64,000 nt of DNA from Lama glama (Eukaryota), in the NCBI GenBank assembly GCA_028534125.1, contig CM052832.1, positions 9,054,001 to 9,118,000 on the forward strand, read 5' to 3'. Below, one piece after another: positions 51,173 through 64,000 of the stretch. The notes beneath the pieces are model-generated. The model made no database searches, was not told the DNA's origin, and saw only the letters and a program-made list of their open reading frames with translations. Every line of letters starts with the position of its first letter. Position 1 is the first letter of the stretch. The translations under genes were made by a program, and so were the position numbers.

Positions 51173-51538
51173 GTATATTAGTCAGCTCAGACTGCTGTAA
51201 CAAAATGCCAGACTGTGGCTTAAATGACAGATGTTTATTTTCTCACAATTCCAAAGGCAGGAAGTCCAAGATCAAGGTTGTGGCTGATTTGGCTTTCTGG
51301 TGAGAACTCTCTTCCTGGCTTCTTGCTATGTCCTCACAGAGCCTTTCCTCAGTGCCTGTGAGCTGAGAGAGAGCTCTGGTCTCTCCTCCTCTTCTAAGAA
51401 CCCCAGTCCTATCAGATTAGAGCCCATCCTTATGACTTCATTTGACCTTAACTACTTCTTTATTGGTCCTATTTCTAAAAACAGTCACATTGTGCTTCCA
51501 CATATGAACTTGGAAGGGACACAACTAGTCTAGAGCAG
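51173..51538 (-). mobile_element. MLT1A/B-like MaLR solo LTR
   Basis: TATTAGTCAGCTCAGACTGCTGTAACAAAATGCCAGACTG...AAGTCCAAGATCAAGGT...CTTATGACTTCATTTGACCTTAAC. Confidence 0.85.
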
Positions 51539-51674
51539 AAGAGAATGTGATGGGAAGAATCATATATATTGATGTAAGTTGCTTATGATAATTGAGTTGG
51601 GTGATGCATGAGTATTTATTATTATGAGTTATAACACATGTTACATATATTCTTTACATTAAAAATTATATTTA

Positions 51675-52345
51675 AGATTCAATGCAATTTAAAAAAAGAA
51701 AAAATGATTAAATGCTATCCCTATCAAAATTCCAATGGCATATTTCACAGAAATAGAACAAATAATTCTAAATTTATATGTAACCACAAAAGATCCCAAA
51801 TTGCCAAATAAGCTTGAGAAAGAAGTAGAAAGCTGAAGGTATCACACTCTCTGGTTTTAAACTATACTACAAAGCTACAGTAATACGAAACAGTATGGTA
51901 CTGGCACAAAAACAGACATGTGTGTATGTGTTTATGTATATATATATGTGTGTGTGCATGTGTGTGTATGATGGAATACTACTCAGCCATAAAAAAGTGG
52001 ATGAGAAAGTCAAAAAATAATGAAATCCTGCCATTTACAACAAAGATGGACCTTGTGGGTATTACGCTAAATGAAATAAGTCAGACGGAAAAAGACAAAT
52101 ACTATATTATTTGACTCATATATGGAATCTAAAAAGAAACCCAAAACAAACAAAAACAAAAGCAAACTCACAGATATTGAGATCAGATTAGTGGTTGCCA
52201 GAGGAGAAGGGCATTTCAGGGGATGAAATGGGTGAAGGGGGTCAACTGTATGGTGACAGATGATAAACAGACTGTGGTGGTGATAACTTTGCAGCATATA
52301 CAGATGTTGAATTATAATGCTGCATACCTGAGACATATAAACAAT
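51675..52345 (+). mobile_element. L1 fragments: ORF2 segment joined to a 3' end
   Basis: ATCCCTATCAAAATTCCAATGGC...TACTACAAAGCTACAGTAAT...AAAACAGACA, then a (TG)n tract, then TGGAATACTACTCAGCCATAAAAAAG and 3' UTR. Confidence 0.85.
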
Positions 52346-54444
52346 TACATTTAAAGATTAAAAAACTAATGAACTTTAGATGATGTATTAATATCAGTGA
52401 AATTCAAATTGTAATGCTGATTGATCAAACTGTACATTTATGACATGTGGGCTTTTCTGTATGCATTAAAGTTTTCAAAGTAATGTTGGGATGAAAAAAG
52501 CAAGAGCAAAAAATAATTATCCTATGATTCTATTTTTGGCAAGCTCAAAATTATGCAAAACTAAACAATATCTTGTTGAAGCATACATGCATAGCAAATC
52601 AAAAAAAGAATAATTACCAAATTCACGTTACCTCTGGGAGCATAGAAGGAGGCACACCCCAGGTTGCTTCACAGTGCTGGTGATATTCCAGTTTTTATGC
52701 TGCGGGAGGGAATATGGATATTCATTTGAGCGTTATTCTTTTTTAAATTATATTTTAATTAGTCGAAGACTGTGTACAACTGTCTCCTTAAGATGGCTAT
52801 TTTTCAGATGCTTATACTCACATAAAAATGAACCTGTATGGTTACTATTTTCACTTCTCTCTTCTTCCTGCTTTCGCCTAAATTCAGCTAACAAATACAT
52901 GTCAAGTGAAATCTAGTAGTATAATCTCACTCTTGCACTCAGTCTGGCACCTGCAGGAGGAGCACGCACTCCTCTGCTGTCCTGGAGATATTTACATTTT
53001 GGCTGTAAAACTTGGGGACATTATATCTGTAAGCCAGGTGCAGGTTGAACTTCTGGGTTGGCTGGTTGTCACAGAGGGACACTCAGAGGGATATTTTCTT
53101 GCTGTTCAACTTTTCCTGAAATATTCTTTTATAAACAATCCTATGGTCTTGCTTTGTTTGTTCTTATCAAAGTTTTTTGTCAAAGCGGACTTTGGGTTCA
53201 TTATGGAGTTTTCATTAACGACCCTGTTTGGTCCTCATTCTGAGGAGTAACAAGGATTACTCCTGGAAAGAGGGAGGGCAAAGGTCCATGATAAATGGTT
53301 TTTGTTGCTTTGTAGTTCCTTCCTTTATTTATTTAATGAGCAGTATTCTTTATGCTCTTTAGGTATGATGTATTTAATAAGAAGGAAGAAAGAAAGAAAA
53401 AGAGTATAGGGTAAAGAGAAGTTATGATGATGACAAAGGAAAAGGATTAAGAATACAAAAGTCAGTTAATTCTTCATAGAGCCTGTGCTCATTCTTCCGT
53501 GGGTGGAAGGTCCAGAGAGATGATCTCTTGGGCTCCTTTATTTTAAAACATTGTATAAATTTCTTTATTGTCATTCCATTGTTATAATAACATTAAAGGA
53601 AATTCTAAAGAAGAAAAACTAATCACTCTTCATTCAAGTAACCAATTCTATTATTTTTGTAATAGATTTATAGCATCTAGACTCACATCCATTGGTCCAG
53701 CAGGGGAGGTAGGCAGCTCTCCCCCTTCCTGCACCAGAGATGCATTAGTCCTTCCTCTGCAGTCTGCTTTCCGTAGCTCGTTCCTCATCATATCCTGCCT
53801 TGCTTCCTACTTGGAAGGTTTGGCCAGGGACATTTCTGATGTGTCTGTTCTTTCTCTTTTACCTTTCTAGATAATTGAACATCCTCAGAGGTCTAGCTTG
53901 AGAGGCGAAATCTCCCTTTTCCATCCATTGAAGTCATTCTACTTCTGGCCACCATGGGGCGTCCACAGACTTGCCTCGGGCTCAACCCTGCCCCTCCTCA
54001 TGGTAGACACCTCTGGGTCATCTGAGGAGAAAGAAGTCCTTGACTAATTGGTTTATCCCTGTAGAACTATTTTTAAATGTTTGTTTCTGTTTTCTACATC
54101 AAATCTTTCATCTTCTCTTTCCCTCTGATTTTCTCATCTGCAGGAGAAAAAAATCACATTGGTTTGTTCTCATACCTCTTCCTCGTGTGGAGAAATACTC
54201 ATTTGATTTTACTTAGTGATTTGGAGATCTTAAAGAGGAGGTCTCTTATTCAAATCAGGAAGACATCTTTGGTATTTGCTGAACCTGAATTTGAGGACTA
54301 TTTGTTTGGTTTATTCTTAAAACTCTTTGCACTTATGCACAGGCTGTTCTGAGAGCTGTATTTGCTGGATCTCTTGGAATGTGCATTTTAAATTCTAGTA
54401 GAGATACATTACTCTCCCAAAAGGCTGTAAAAAACTTATAGTCT

Positions 54445-55492
54445 AAAGAAAACAAGGAATTCAATGAAAAAGTGGGCAAAAGTGCTGGACAGACACTTCA
54501 CCAAAAAAGATATACAGATGGCACCTAAGCGTATGAACAGGTGCTCCGCATTGTATGCCATTAGGGAAATGCAAATTCAAACAAGTGAGATGCCACTACA
54601 CACCTATTAAAATGGCTAAAATCCAGAACACTAACACCACCAAATGCTGGCTAGGGTGTGGAGCAACAGGAACTCTCATTCATTGCTAGTGGGAATGCAA
54701 AGCAGTACAGCCACTTTGGAAGATAATTTGGCAGTTTGTTTTTTTTTTTTCCCACAAAGCTAAACATAGTCTCTCCAGAGATTCAGCAATTGCACTCCTA
54801 GGTATTTACCCAAATGAGATGAAAACTTCTGTCCACACAAAAATCTGCATAGAATTTGGTAGCAGCTTTATTTATAATTGCCAAAGGTTAGAAGCAATCA
54901 AGATGCCCTTTAGTATGTGAATTGATAAACACATGGTGATACAGTCATATTAATGGAATATTCTTCAGCGATAAATAGATAGCTATCAAGGCACAAAAAG
55001 ACATGGAGGAACATTAAGTGCATATTGCTAAGGGAAGAAACCAGCGCAAAAAGGCTACATGCTGTGTGATTCCAACTGTGACATGGAAAAGGCCAAACTG
55101 TAGAGACAGTGGCTGCCTGGGATTGGGCAGGGAGGGGAGGAGGAATGAATAGGTGGAACACAGGGATTATTAGAACAGTGAAAATATTCTGTGTGCTACT
55201 GTATGCTATGATAATGGTGAAAACATGCCATCAAGCATTTGGCAAAACCCACAGAACTGTGCAATACACAGAGTTAACCCTCATGTGGACTATGGGTGTT
55301 AGTTAATAATGTATCAAAATTGATCCATCAATTGTCACAAATGTATCACACAAATGGAAGATGTTAATAATCATATGGAAAACTGGTGGTGGGGGGAAGG
55401 AACATATAGGAACTCTACACTTTCTGTCTAATTTTTTTTTGTAAACCTAGAACTGCTTTAAGAAATAAGTCTATTAATTAAAAAAATAATAA
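54445..55492 (+). mobile_element. L1MC/MB-like 3' end
   Basis: AGACACTTCACCAAAAAAGATATACAGATGGC...GGAGCAACAGGAACTCTCATTCATTGCT...TAAACCTAGAACTGCTTTAAGAAATAAGTCTATTAATTAAAAAAA. Confidence 0.9.
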
Positions 55493-55899
55493 ATGTACAG
55501 ACTCATCAGAAATGTACATCTCCATTTCTACTATCTTTGTTTACACAGTTCGGTGAAAGAATTTTGATAGATGTTCAATCTGATAGGTCAAGTTTGATCT
55601 TTTATTGTTGTTTTAATCACATTTCCCTGTGTTCTACTCAGATTGACATATTTTGAAGACCCTTGGACTTTCCAAGTTCGCTTATTATAAATCACCTGTT
55701 CCTGTCCTTGGCCTCTTTTTCCTGTTGGTTGTTGATCTTTTGATTGTGAAATTGTGGGAATTAAATTTTTTTTTTGCTCATTCATTCTTTTTTCACATGT
55801 TGCAAATGTTTTCTCATCATCTGTCATTTGTTTTTCAACTTGGACAATGATGTCTTTTTTTCCCATAGAAAGTTTTAAATTTCAAAAGAGTTTGGGTTG

Positions 55900-56985
<1,086 letters not shown>

Positions 56986-57122
56986 TGAGTGGCCTCTAGT
57001 TCTGGGGTCAGAGTGATATGGGGACACGGAGACCCAAGCCTCTAACTCCTCCTGTCCAGTGCCTTTTTCTCCCCATTGGGTGCTCTGGGGGCACAACTTA
57101 TTACTGCGTATGTGAAGGTGTA

Positions 57123-57202
57123 TTTTGTTGGACCATATGGAATTGTCGATATTCTATCATTTTTGACCTATAAAAACAGCAGTCCCATATGGTTCAACCT
57201 AA
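57123..57202. mobile_element. MADE2-like mariner MITE (80-bp hairpin)
   Basis: TTGTTGGACCATATGGAATTGTCG ... CAGCAGTCCCATATGGTTCAACCTAA inverted repeat. Confidence 0.75.
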
Positions 57203-58837
57203 TGTTTGGCTAAGGTTGGAGGAAGCTGCTTGAATGGGGGCCCCGGGAGGGGGAGGGGACCCAGCCAGGATTGTGTGTCTGCTTCATGCAGGAGGGATGG
57301 AGGGAATTCGTGGGTCACATATACTGAGACATTATCTGGCTTCTTGTCTCATTCACTCAGAGTGAATGGATTCAGCCCTACAAGTGTAGATTTCTTGGTT
57401 TGTTCCCTCGTTTTTCAACCTTTCAACCCTGAGCATCCATTCTCAAGGTGTCTGTCCTTGGATACAGTGGAAAGAGCAGAGGATGGGGTGGTCGGGGATC
57501 TAGACAGTAGTTTTGACTATGTTGTTAATTAGATGGTGACCTTGGACAAGACACTTAACATCCTGGGCCTTTGCTTGCCCAGCTTTAAATGAAGGTACCA
57601 GGATACACAGCCTTGGAGGTCATCTCCTAGCTCTGTCTAGAGCCAGGCACAGGACAGGTGGTCAGTAAATGCCTGCTGATATTTACCACTTAAATCATGA
57701 CAGTGCAACTCGATAAAGTGTTCCTAAAGTCTTCTTGGCATGTGCAAAAATAAAATCCTGAGGGGGGACGTAGGAAGGTGATGCTGAGAAAGAGAACCTC
57801 ACCCTTTGTGCTATCCCCTCATGGGCTGACTCCGGCATGCCACTCTTCCAAAAGACCCACTATTGTGGGTCTTGAATCATTTTCCAGGGAAAGGGCGGCC
57901 TGCCCTGAGCCAGCGACTCTCCCCATTCCCTGGCTGAGGCTAGGGGTTCAGTTGTTCATCCAGGTGGTTTATTTGAGTGAGGCTGGTGATCCCAGGGGAC
58001 GTGCATGCTGGGCGTCGGGCACACTGGCAGGCAGTGGGAGATGGTTGCAGCCCAGACAACACCGGTGAACCCCAGATGGATAGCTTAGTTGCTCCTAGGA
58101 TGGAAGGGAAGTCAGAATGAAGGTCACTGCTCAGGAGTTTTTTCTCTGTGAGTGGGGATTACTGCTACAAATCCCTTGTCAAGGAGGCTTGTTAGCCTGC
58201 CCTTCCTAGGGGACAGGTCCACAGGGACAGTGCAAAGCAGTTGATTTGCATAAGTTGCCTTGGGAAGCTGTGAAGCCAGAGGGACATGCAGAATCCCTGG
58301 GGATGTGGAGAGTGAGAGAGAGGGAGATGATGGTAGATAAAGGGGAAAGGGCTTCTCATCTTTTCCTCTGTCTTTTTCCTTGATTGTCTTCTGCAGAGTC
58401 AGTCCTTGGTGAGATTTAGGAGAGCTCTCTGTAATCCCCAAATCCCCTTTTCTCCCAGGGCAGAGAAACGTTCCAGGCTGCTCCACTCCCAGTGTTCGGT
58501 GTATCTAGATTTTCAGGCAAACGTTAAACTTGATCAAAATTACCTCAATGCCCCATACCAATTTATTGGTGTGAAACTCTCCTGACTCCCTCAACTTGGA
58601 AAAAAGTTACTCGGCTATGGAAAAAAATATAGTGACAACATTAAGAGAAACAAAACAGAAAAAGAAATTCAAGTCAAATTCTCACCCACAACTGATCAAT
58701 GGCCTTACTTTTCCCATATTTCAGTCTAGTCTTGTTAACATTTACATGACGTAGTGTAACCACAGTATAAATACAACTGAGTGCCCCATTTTGATAGTAC
58801 AACATTTGTGTAATGTTCAAAACACTCATTTCCTCCC

Positions 58838-59215
58838 AATTTTACTGAGATATTCAGTAATTGACAAGATTGCATAAGTTTAGCATGTACAACCTGTTGA
58901 TTTGATACACTTATAAATTGCAAAATGACTACCACCATAGCACTCGCTAACACCTGCATCACATCACATAATTAACTTTGTGTGTGTGCTTAGAACTTGT
59001 AAGACCTACTCGTTTAGCAGTTTTCAAGTATTGATAATTCTAGAGTCATCATGCTGTACGTTACATTCCCAGAACTTACTTGTAACCGGAATCCCTTTTG
59101 ACCACCATCCCCCTAACCTGCATCAGTCCCTGGCAACCACCATCCTAGTCTCTGTTTCTAAGCATTTGGCTTTTTTAGATTACAGTATAGGTGAGCTCAT
59201 AGACTATTTGTCTAA
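58838..59215 (-). mobile_element. L1MA-like 3' end
   Basis: TTTTACTGAGATAT...CATCACATCACATAATT...GGCAACCACCATCCTAGTCTCTG...TTTTTAGATT. Confidence 0.8.
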
Positions 59216-59413
59216 AATGATCATGTTTAATGGTTGCATAAAATTCCATGGAACGGACGGATACCCTTAGGCAGGCATTCATGTTGTTCTCATTACTTCC
59301 ATCATAGATGGAACTGGAAGGGCCTTGAAGGCTTTGATTCCCTGTCTTGGTCTCTCTCTTACTTACCTTAGGTTCAAATTCCAGCAAGACAAAGCTGGTT
59401 TCAAGATGCAACT

Positions 59414-59479
59414 ATCTTTCTTTCTTTCTTTTTTTTTGAGGGGAGAGGTAATTAGATTTATTTATTTATTTTACTGGAG
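59414..59479 (-). mobile_element. 5'-truncated Vic-1-like SINE tail with TSD
   Basis: T tract plus GGGGAGAGGTAATTAGATTTATTTATTTATT. TSD AAGATGCAACT at 59403-59413 and 59480-59490. Confidence 0.75.
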
Positions 59480-60739
59480 AAGATGCAACTTTAGAACAGA
59501 AATGTTCTTCTCTTTTCCAACCACCCACCCTGTGACGTCATACTCCTCTGCTGCCAAGGGTACAGCCTGATAGGTCACCTTCACAAAGAGAGGATCACAT
59601 TTCCCACAAACTACTTAATTAATGATCAATTCACCCAAATGACACCCAAAAGCAAAATGAGGCTCCTGGGGCAGGGTCCAGAAAGTTTTGTGGAGCTGGA
59701 TTTGCCTGGGGGCCAGAGCTAGCACAGCCTTATCTGCGGGTAGAAGGAATGAACAAACAGGAATGGGAGAATGTGGACTGATTCCACCCTCTCCTGCCTC
59801 CCCCGCCTCCCCCATCCAGGGACAATAAAATTGTTCTCTGTTCACATTTCAACTGCTTCATTTAAGAGGATTAAGAAATTTACTCGGTAAAGCCAGGTCC
59901 CCCATATCCTCCCCTAAAAACATAAATTGTGGTGTTTTTTGTTTTTTTGAGATCCCAGCACTGAAAGTGGTAAGCATTTACCTCCTGGCTTCTCTCAGCA
60001 GCAGCCTCAGGGCCTGGAGTCTGAGGCAACACCAGTGAAGAGAAGCAGGAGTGGGGCTTACCAGGAGGGCAGGATTATCTTCCTACAAGATCTCTTAAAA
60101 AGGAATTCTGCTCCGACTCTTCCCTTTTTCCCTTTCCCCACTAAATTCTGGGGAGCCAGCAAAGGACTAGGGGGAGTCGTACTCCCCTCCCTGACCCTGA
60201 GGACTCTGGGGAGGCGGTCCCAGGACCAGCGAGCTGGTCAGGAGGTGGGAAATCTGGAGAAAATGCACCAGGATCCTGCACTGATGCTGATACTGGGCTT
60301 GGGCAGTGTCCAGTGCCCATGACTTCTGATCATTTCTGCAGGTTCTGTCCCTGGAGTTTCTCTTTCCATTTGTTTGATGTGTACCCTGCTGGACTAGACG
60401 CATGAAAGTTCAGGTCCTTACCAGTCCTCACCTGAGAGGAGGAGCTGGGTTGTTGCACCCAGGGCTTCCTTGGGCCTCCCAAGTACCCCTTGCGGGTCCC
60501 CTAGGAAAAAGCATGGGTTCTTGTGGGCTCAGCAAGCAAGGAGGAATGACTGGGTTTTAGAGATTTCCCAGGGGAATCTTTAAGGTCAACAGCTGGTTCC
60601 TGAAGGCGTCTGAGCTGATCAAAGAGCTCAGGTGGGGACAATTCAAGACTTTTACAAGACTTTACAAGCCTTTGGCCCCCTGTCTCAGGCAAGTAGCCTG
60701 GTAGCCAGATCCCACCTCAGCCTGTCCCACACAATATTA

Positions 60740-61125
60740 ATGATGCTCAATGAAACTAATATTACTGTCATCTAATACCCAGTCTGTGTTCACTATTCTC
60801 TGATTATCTCAAGATGTCTTTTACAGTTGGTTTGTTCAAATCAGGATTTGAAACACACTGGTCTCTTAAGTCTCTTTTACTTTAAACAATTACCTTTTTC
60901 ATGTCACGTGTGTCTTGGAGGAAGTTGGCCATTTGTCCTGCAGAATTTCCCACATTCTGGGGTTGGACCGTTGCAGCCAAGTGGTGTCATCTAACATGTT
61001 GTTGTCTCCAGCATTTCCCTGTAAACCAGCAGTCAGGGCTGAGGTGCGGCTAGATTCAGGTTCAGTTTTGTCAAGAACACCCCCTAAGGTGCTGCTATGA
61101 GCACCTTACTGCCTCAACACCAGGA
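60740..61125 (-). mobile_element. L1MC4/5-like fragment
   Basis: TTTTACAGTTGGTTTGTTCAAATCAGGAT...TTGTCCTGCAGAATTTCCCACATTCTGG...TAGATTCAGGTTCAG. Confidence 0.7.
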
Positions 61126-61416
61126 GGAACATGAGGTTTTCAGCCAGTTTACAATTCCTTTAAAGTTTCTCCCTGTTTTCAGGATGAGCTGAGCTTCAGT
61201 GTCTTGGGGTGAGAGGCAGAACATGAGGAAGCTCAGAGGCCTTGGCACTGTCAGTATGAAGGAACTGTCGGCCAGGAAGGACTGACCTGGGGCCCTCAGT
61301 CTGAGGGAGAAGCTGGCACGAAGCTCTCTCACTTTACTGTCCTTCCCGTGGAACCCACAGGCGATGGCATCTGCTCCTTCTTCCTAAACAACTAACAGAA
61401 GTCTGGACCTTGGCTA

Positions 61417-61530
61417 GGGGATCCCTGAAGGCAGGGCTGTGCCTCCCCTCAGACTGGGGCTCCCTGAGGATGGGGCTGTGTCTCCCCTCTCTCCCCCAAG
61501 ACTGTGGCTCTCTTAGGACAGGGCTGGGGC
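61417..61530. repeat. Short GC-rich minisatellite, about 3 imperfect 33-42 bp units
   Basis: Units of the form GGG(A/C)TCCCTGA.G...GGGCTGTG.CTCCCCTC..AGACTG repeat three times. The repetition shows in the minus ORF track (SPVLREPQS/SPILREPQS/SPAFRDP). Confidence 0.7.
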
Positions 61531-63604
61531 CCCACCTTCTTCTGTCCTCCCTCATCACTTGCAGTACTTTATCTCCAGTGACTACTCAAAAAAGAAATCA
61601 AATAAATACTAATATCAGTATTTCAACAAAATACTACTACTGCACTTGCTGTATACCAGGTGCTCTATGTGTATTATCCCAATTAATCCCCACCACGCCC
61701 CTGTTGTATTATTGTCAGGCTATTATATTGTAATTTCTCAGGTGAGAAAACAGACTCACAGAGGTCAAGTGAATTGCCAGGTTTCTCCATTACCCCAGAG
61801 AGAGGTGCACCCTTTAATGAGGTACATTTATTTGGAAGAGACAGAAGGGCTTGTTCAGTCAGAGGAGCACACAGACTGGTATTATGCTTGGCGTGGGGAA
61901 GGCCATGATCTGTGTTTTGAGGTTGTTACTAGATGAGATCCCTCTTAGAAATAGTCGGAGACACTCAGCTGGCATTCTGGTTGGGGTGGACTTATTCTCA
62001 GTTACAGTCCTGGCTCCCTCCTCTCCCCTCCCCTGCTCATTGCCATACAGCTTTCCTTATTGACTTACTGATTCACCTACTAAATTATGTTGGTTTTTCC
62101 AGGAAAACTCTAACATGATGATTTTCCCAAGTCATATGTAACTTGGCTATGGGAGACTGAACTATAACAAAGCCTTATCTTAATCAAGACCCTTACAAGA
62201 CTTGGTGAGCCCTGAGCAGAGATTTGTAGCCTGGGAAATACTCTGATATAAATAGCCAGCTCACCACCCTAAGGAGCTCTCCTCTGCCTGGCTTTGTCTT
62301 AAGAGGGTGAGTGGAGCCTTAATCTGTGGTTGGAACCAGGGCAAGCACTAAGTAAACAAGACAGTGCTTCTGCAGGGGAGGGAGGGGTAGTTCCAGATAT
62401 GTGGGACCCCAAGAGATCCTAGGCTTGGTGAGGGAGCTGGGGAAACCACAGCATCCACTGAGCCAGGCTCATGTCCCCGTGCTGACCAGGGCCCTGTCCT
62501 CAGCGAGCCCCAGTCTGAGGGGAGACACAGCCCTCCTTCAGGGAGTATAAGGCAGACCTGTAGGATTTACCCCAGCTTAGGGACACCTGGAGAGTGCATA
62601 GGAGAGATGATGTTGGACAGGGAAGGGCTCTGGGACAGTGAAGAGTGGAGAGAACTCATACTTTCCTAGAAAGTTTAACTAGAAAAGCCAACAGGCAGGA
62701 AGAACCGAGAGACTCTGAGGAAACTCTGAGGGGAGGAGGGGGCAACTGCTATGGGCTGGTCCTCCACTTCCCGTGTGGCTTTGGGTGAGGCCCTGCCCCA
62801 CCCTAGGCCCGACTTCTCCCTGGCAGAACAGTCTGGTGGGTTGTAGGGTGCCCCCTAGGTGGCTCTGAGTGGGGAGGAGCAGCATTCTCCTCAGACCTGT
62901 GCCAAATGCATTCCTCCAACTGCCTCTTTTAAACCTCCCCACAGCCGCTAAGGGGGTCTGATTATCCCACCTCACACAGGTCCAGAGAGTGAAGCTCCAC
63001 GCTTCACAAATGCAGGTTTGGGACTCAAAGGCTAACTCTTTCTGCTCTACCCACTCCTCCCCATGGGGACATTGGGAATGGCCCAGGTGGGACATTGTGC
63101 AGGTGGAAACAGGCTCAAGGGACAGCCTGTAGGTGAGGAAGAGGGCCGAATAGTGTTAGGCCTGCTGGGGTTGGTCTTGGGGGCATCTACTCAGTCCTAC
63201 AGGGGCTGCTGGCCCCTCAGGAGAGGGGCAGGAGCCCCAGGCTGAAGGCCGTCTGCTTCAGTCCTCCACCCAGGACCACCCCACAGGTGCCACACTGGGG
63301 GCTGGGCAGGAGAGCTGCTCCCACAGAGTTCACGGTGTAGCTGAACGTCAGCAGCTGCCACTTCCATTACTGGACAGATGTCTCACAGCCCTGCCCTCGC
63401 AGACACGGCCGCTGCCCTGACGGAAGGCACTCACTGCTTCTTTTCCACAGTTGGCAGGGCCGGCGCCATTCATGCACAAGTGATGGCCCCCAGCAGTGTC
63501 AGGTGGCCTGTCTCACATGCTGCTCCCCGAGGGCACACACAGCTCACGTCAGTGAGGGCTCTTGCTCGGCATCCTGCCCAGCCCAGGCCCAGGAGTCCAC
63601 ATTT

Positions 63605-63740
63605 TTTGCCCACTTACTATGTACCAGGTCCTCTTCTAAGCCTTTTCACCTGGTTCTCTTCATACGATCCTCACCTCAACTCCATTTTCCAGATGAGGGA
63701 GCTGAGGCCCAATGAGGTTAAGGTACTTGTCCCGAGGGAT
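63605..63740 (-). mobile_element. MIR SINE (further MIRs near 61640-61790 and 62900-63050)
   Basis: CACTTACTATGTACCAGG...CCATTTTCCAGATGAGGGAGCTGAGGCCCAATGAGGTTAAG. Confidence 0.8.
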
Positions 63741-64000
63741 GAACCAGGAGTTAACAGGTGGTCCAGCTGCCATCACGGTCCTGGGCCACCTATGCACCCA
63801 AGGCCATCCATTCTCTGGGCTGTGGGTCCTGTCCATGAAGCAGGTCAGGGACTGCAGGGTGTGTGGAAATTCAATTGTCATAATGCAGGTGAGGATTATT
63901 CTGGAACCAAGTAGGCCACATTGTGCAGAGCCTTCCTCAGGTCCTAATCATACAGAGCAGCAGAGAGTTCACTGAAAAGGAACCACAAGTGGATCTTAAA

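Noticed and set aside
63378..63914. 178-aa ORF in PRPH2 intron 1
   Set aside because: Runs through a MIR element (FQMRELRPNEVK is a typical MIR translation) and does not match PRPH2 exon 2.

Overview
Mammalian genomic DNA, most likely a camelid judging by its tRNA-derived SINEs and L1 3' tails. The gene order matches the BICRAL(GLTSCR1L)-TBCC-PRPH2 block of human 6p21.1. Clear coding content: intronless TBCC (40470-41507, +, 345 aa) and PRPH2 coding exon 1 (56404-56984, +), followed by intron 1 to the window end. Two CpG islands (~17.0-19.3 kb and ~39.1-41.4 kb) most likely hold the BICRAL non-coding 5' region on the minus strand, head-to-head with TBCC. That assignment rests on synteny and splice signals, because no BICRAL coding exon is visible. 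The rest is mostly interspersed repeats (L1, L2, MIR, MaLR LTRs, hAT/Tigger/Mariner MITEs, SINEs); repeat family names are from recalled consensus sequences, not a database search. I found no well-supported novel biological system. Best second-look items: an L1 insertion with a perfect 19-bp TSD that appears to carry a 3' transduction (29710-30223), an unassigned exon-intron-exon-like decayed block upstream of PRPH2 (52.8-54.2 kb, minus), and uORFs in the putative BICRAL 5' UTR exon.
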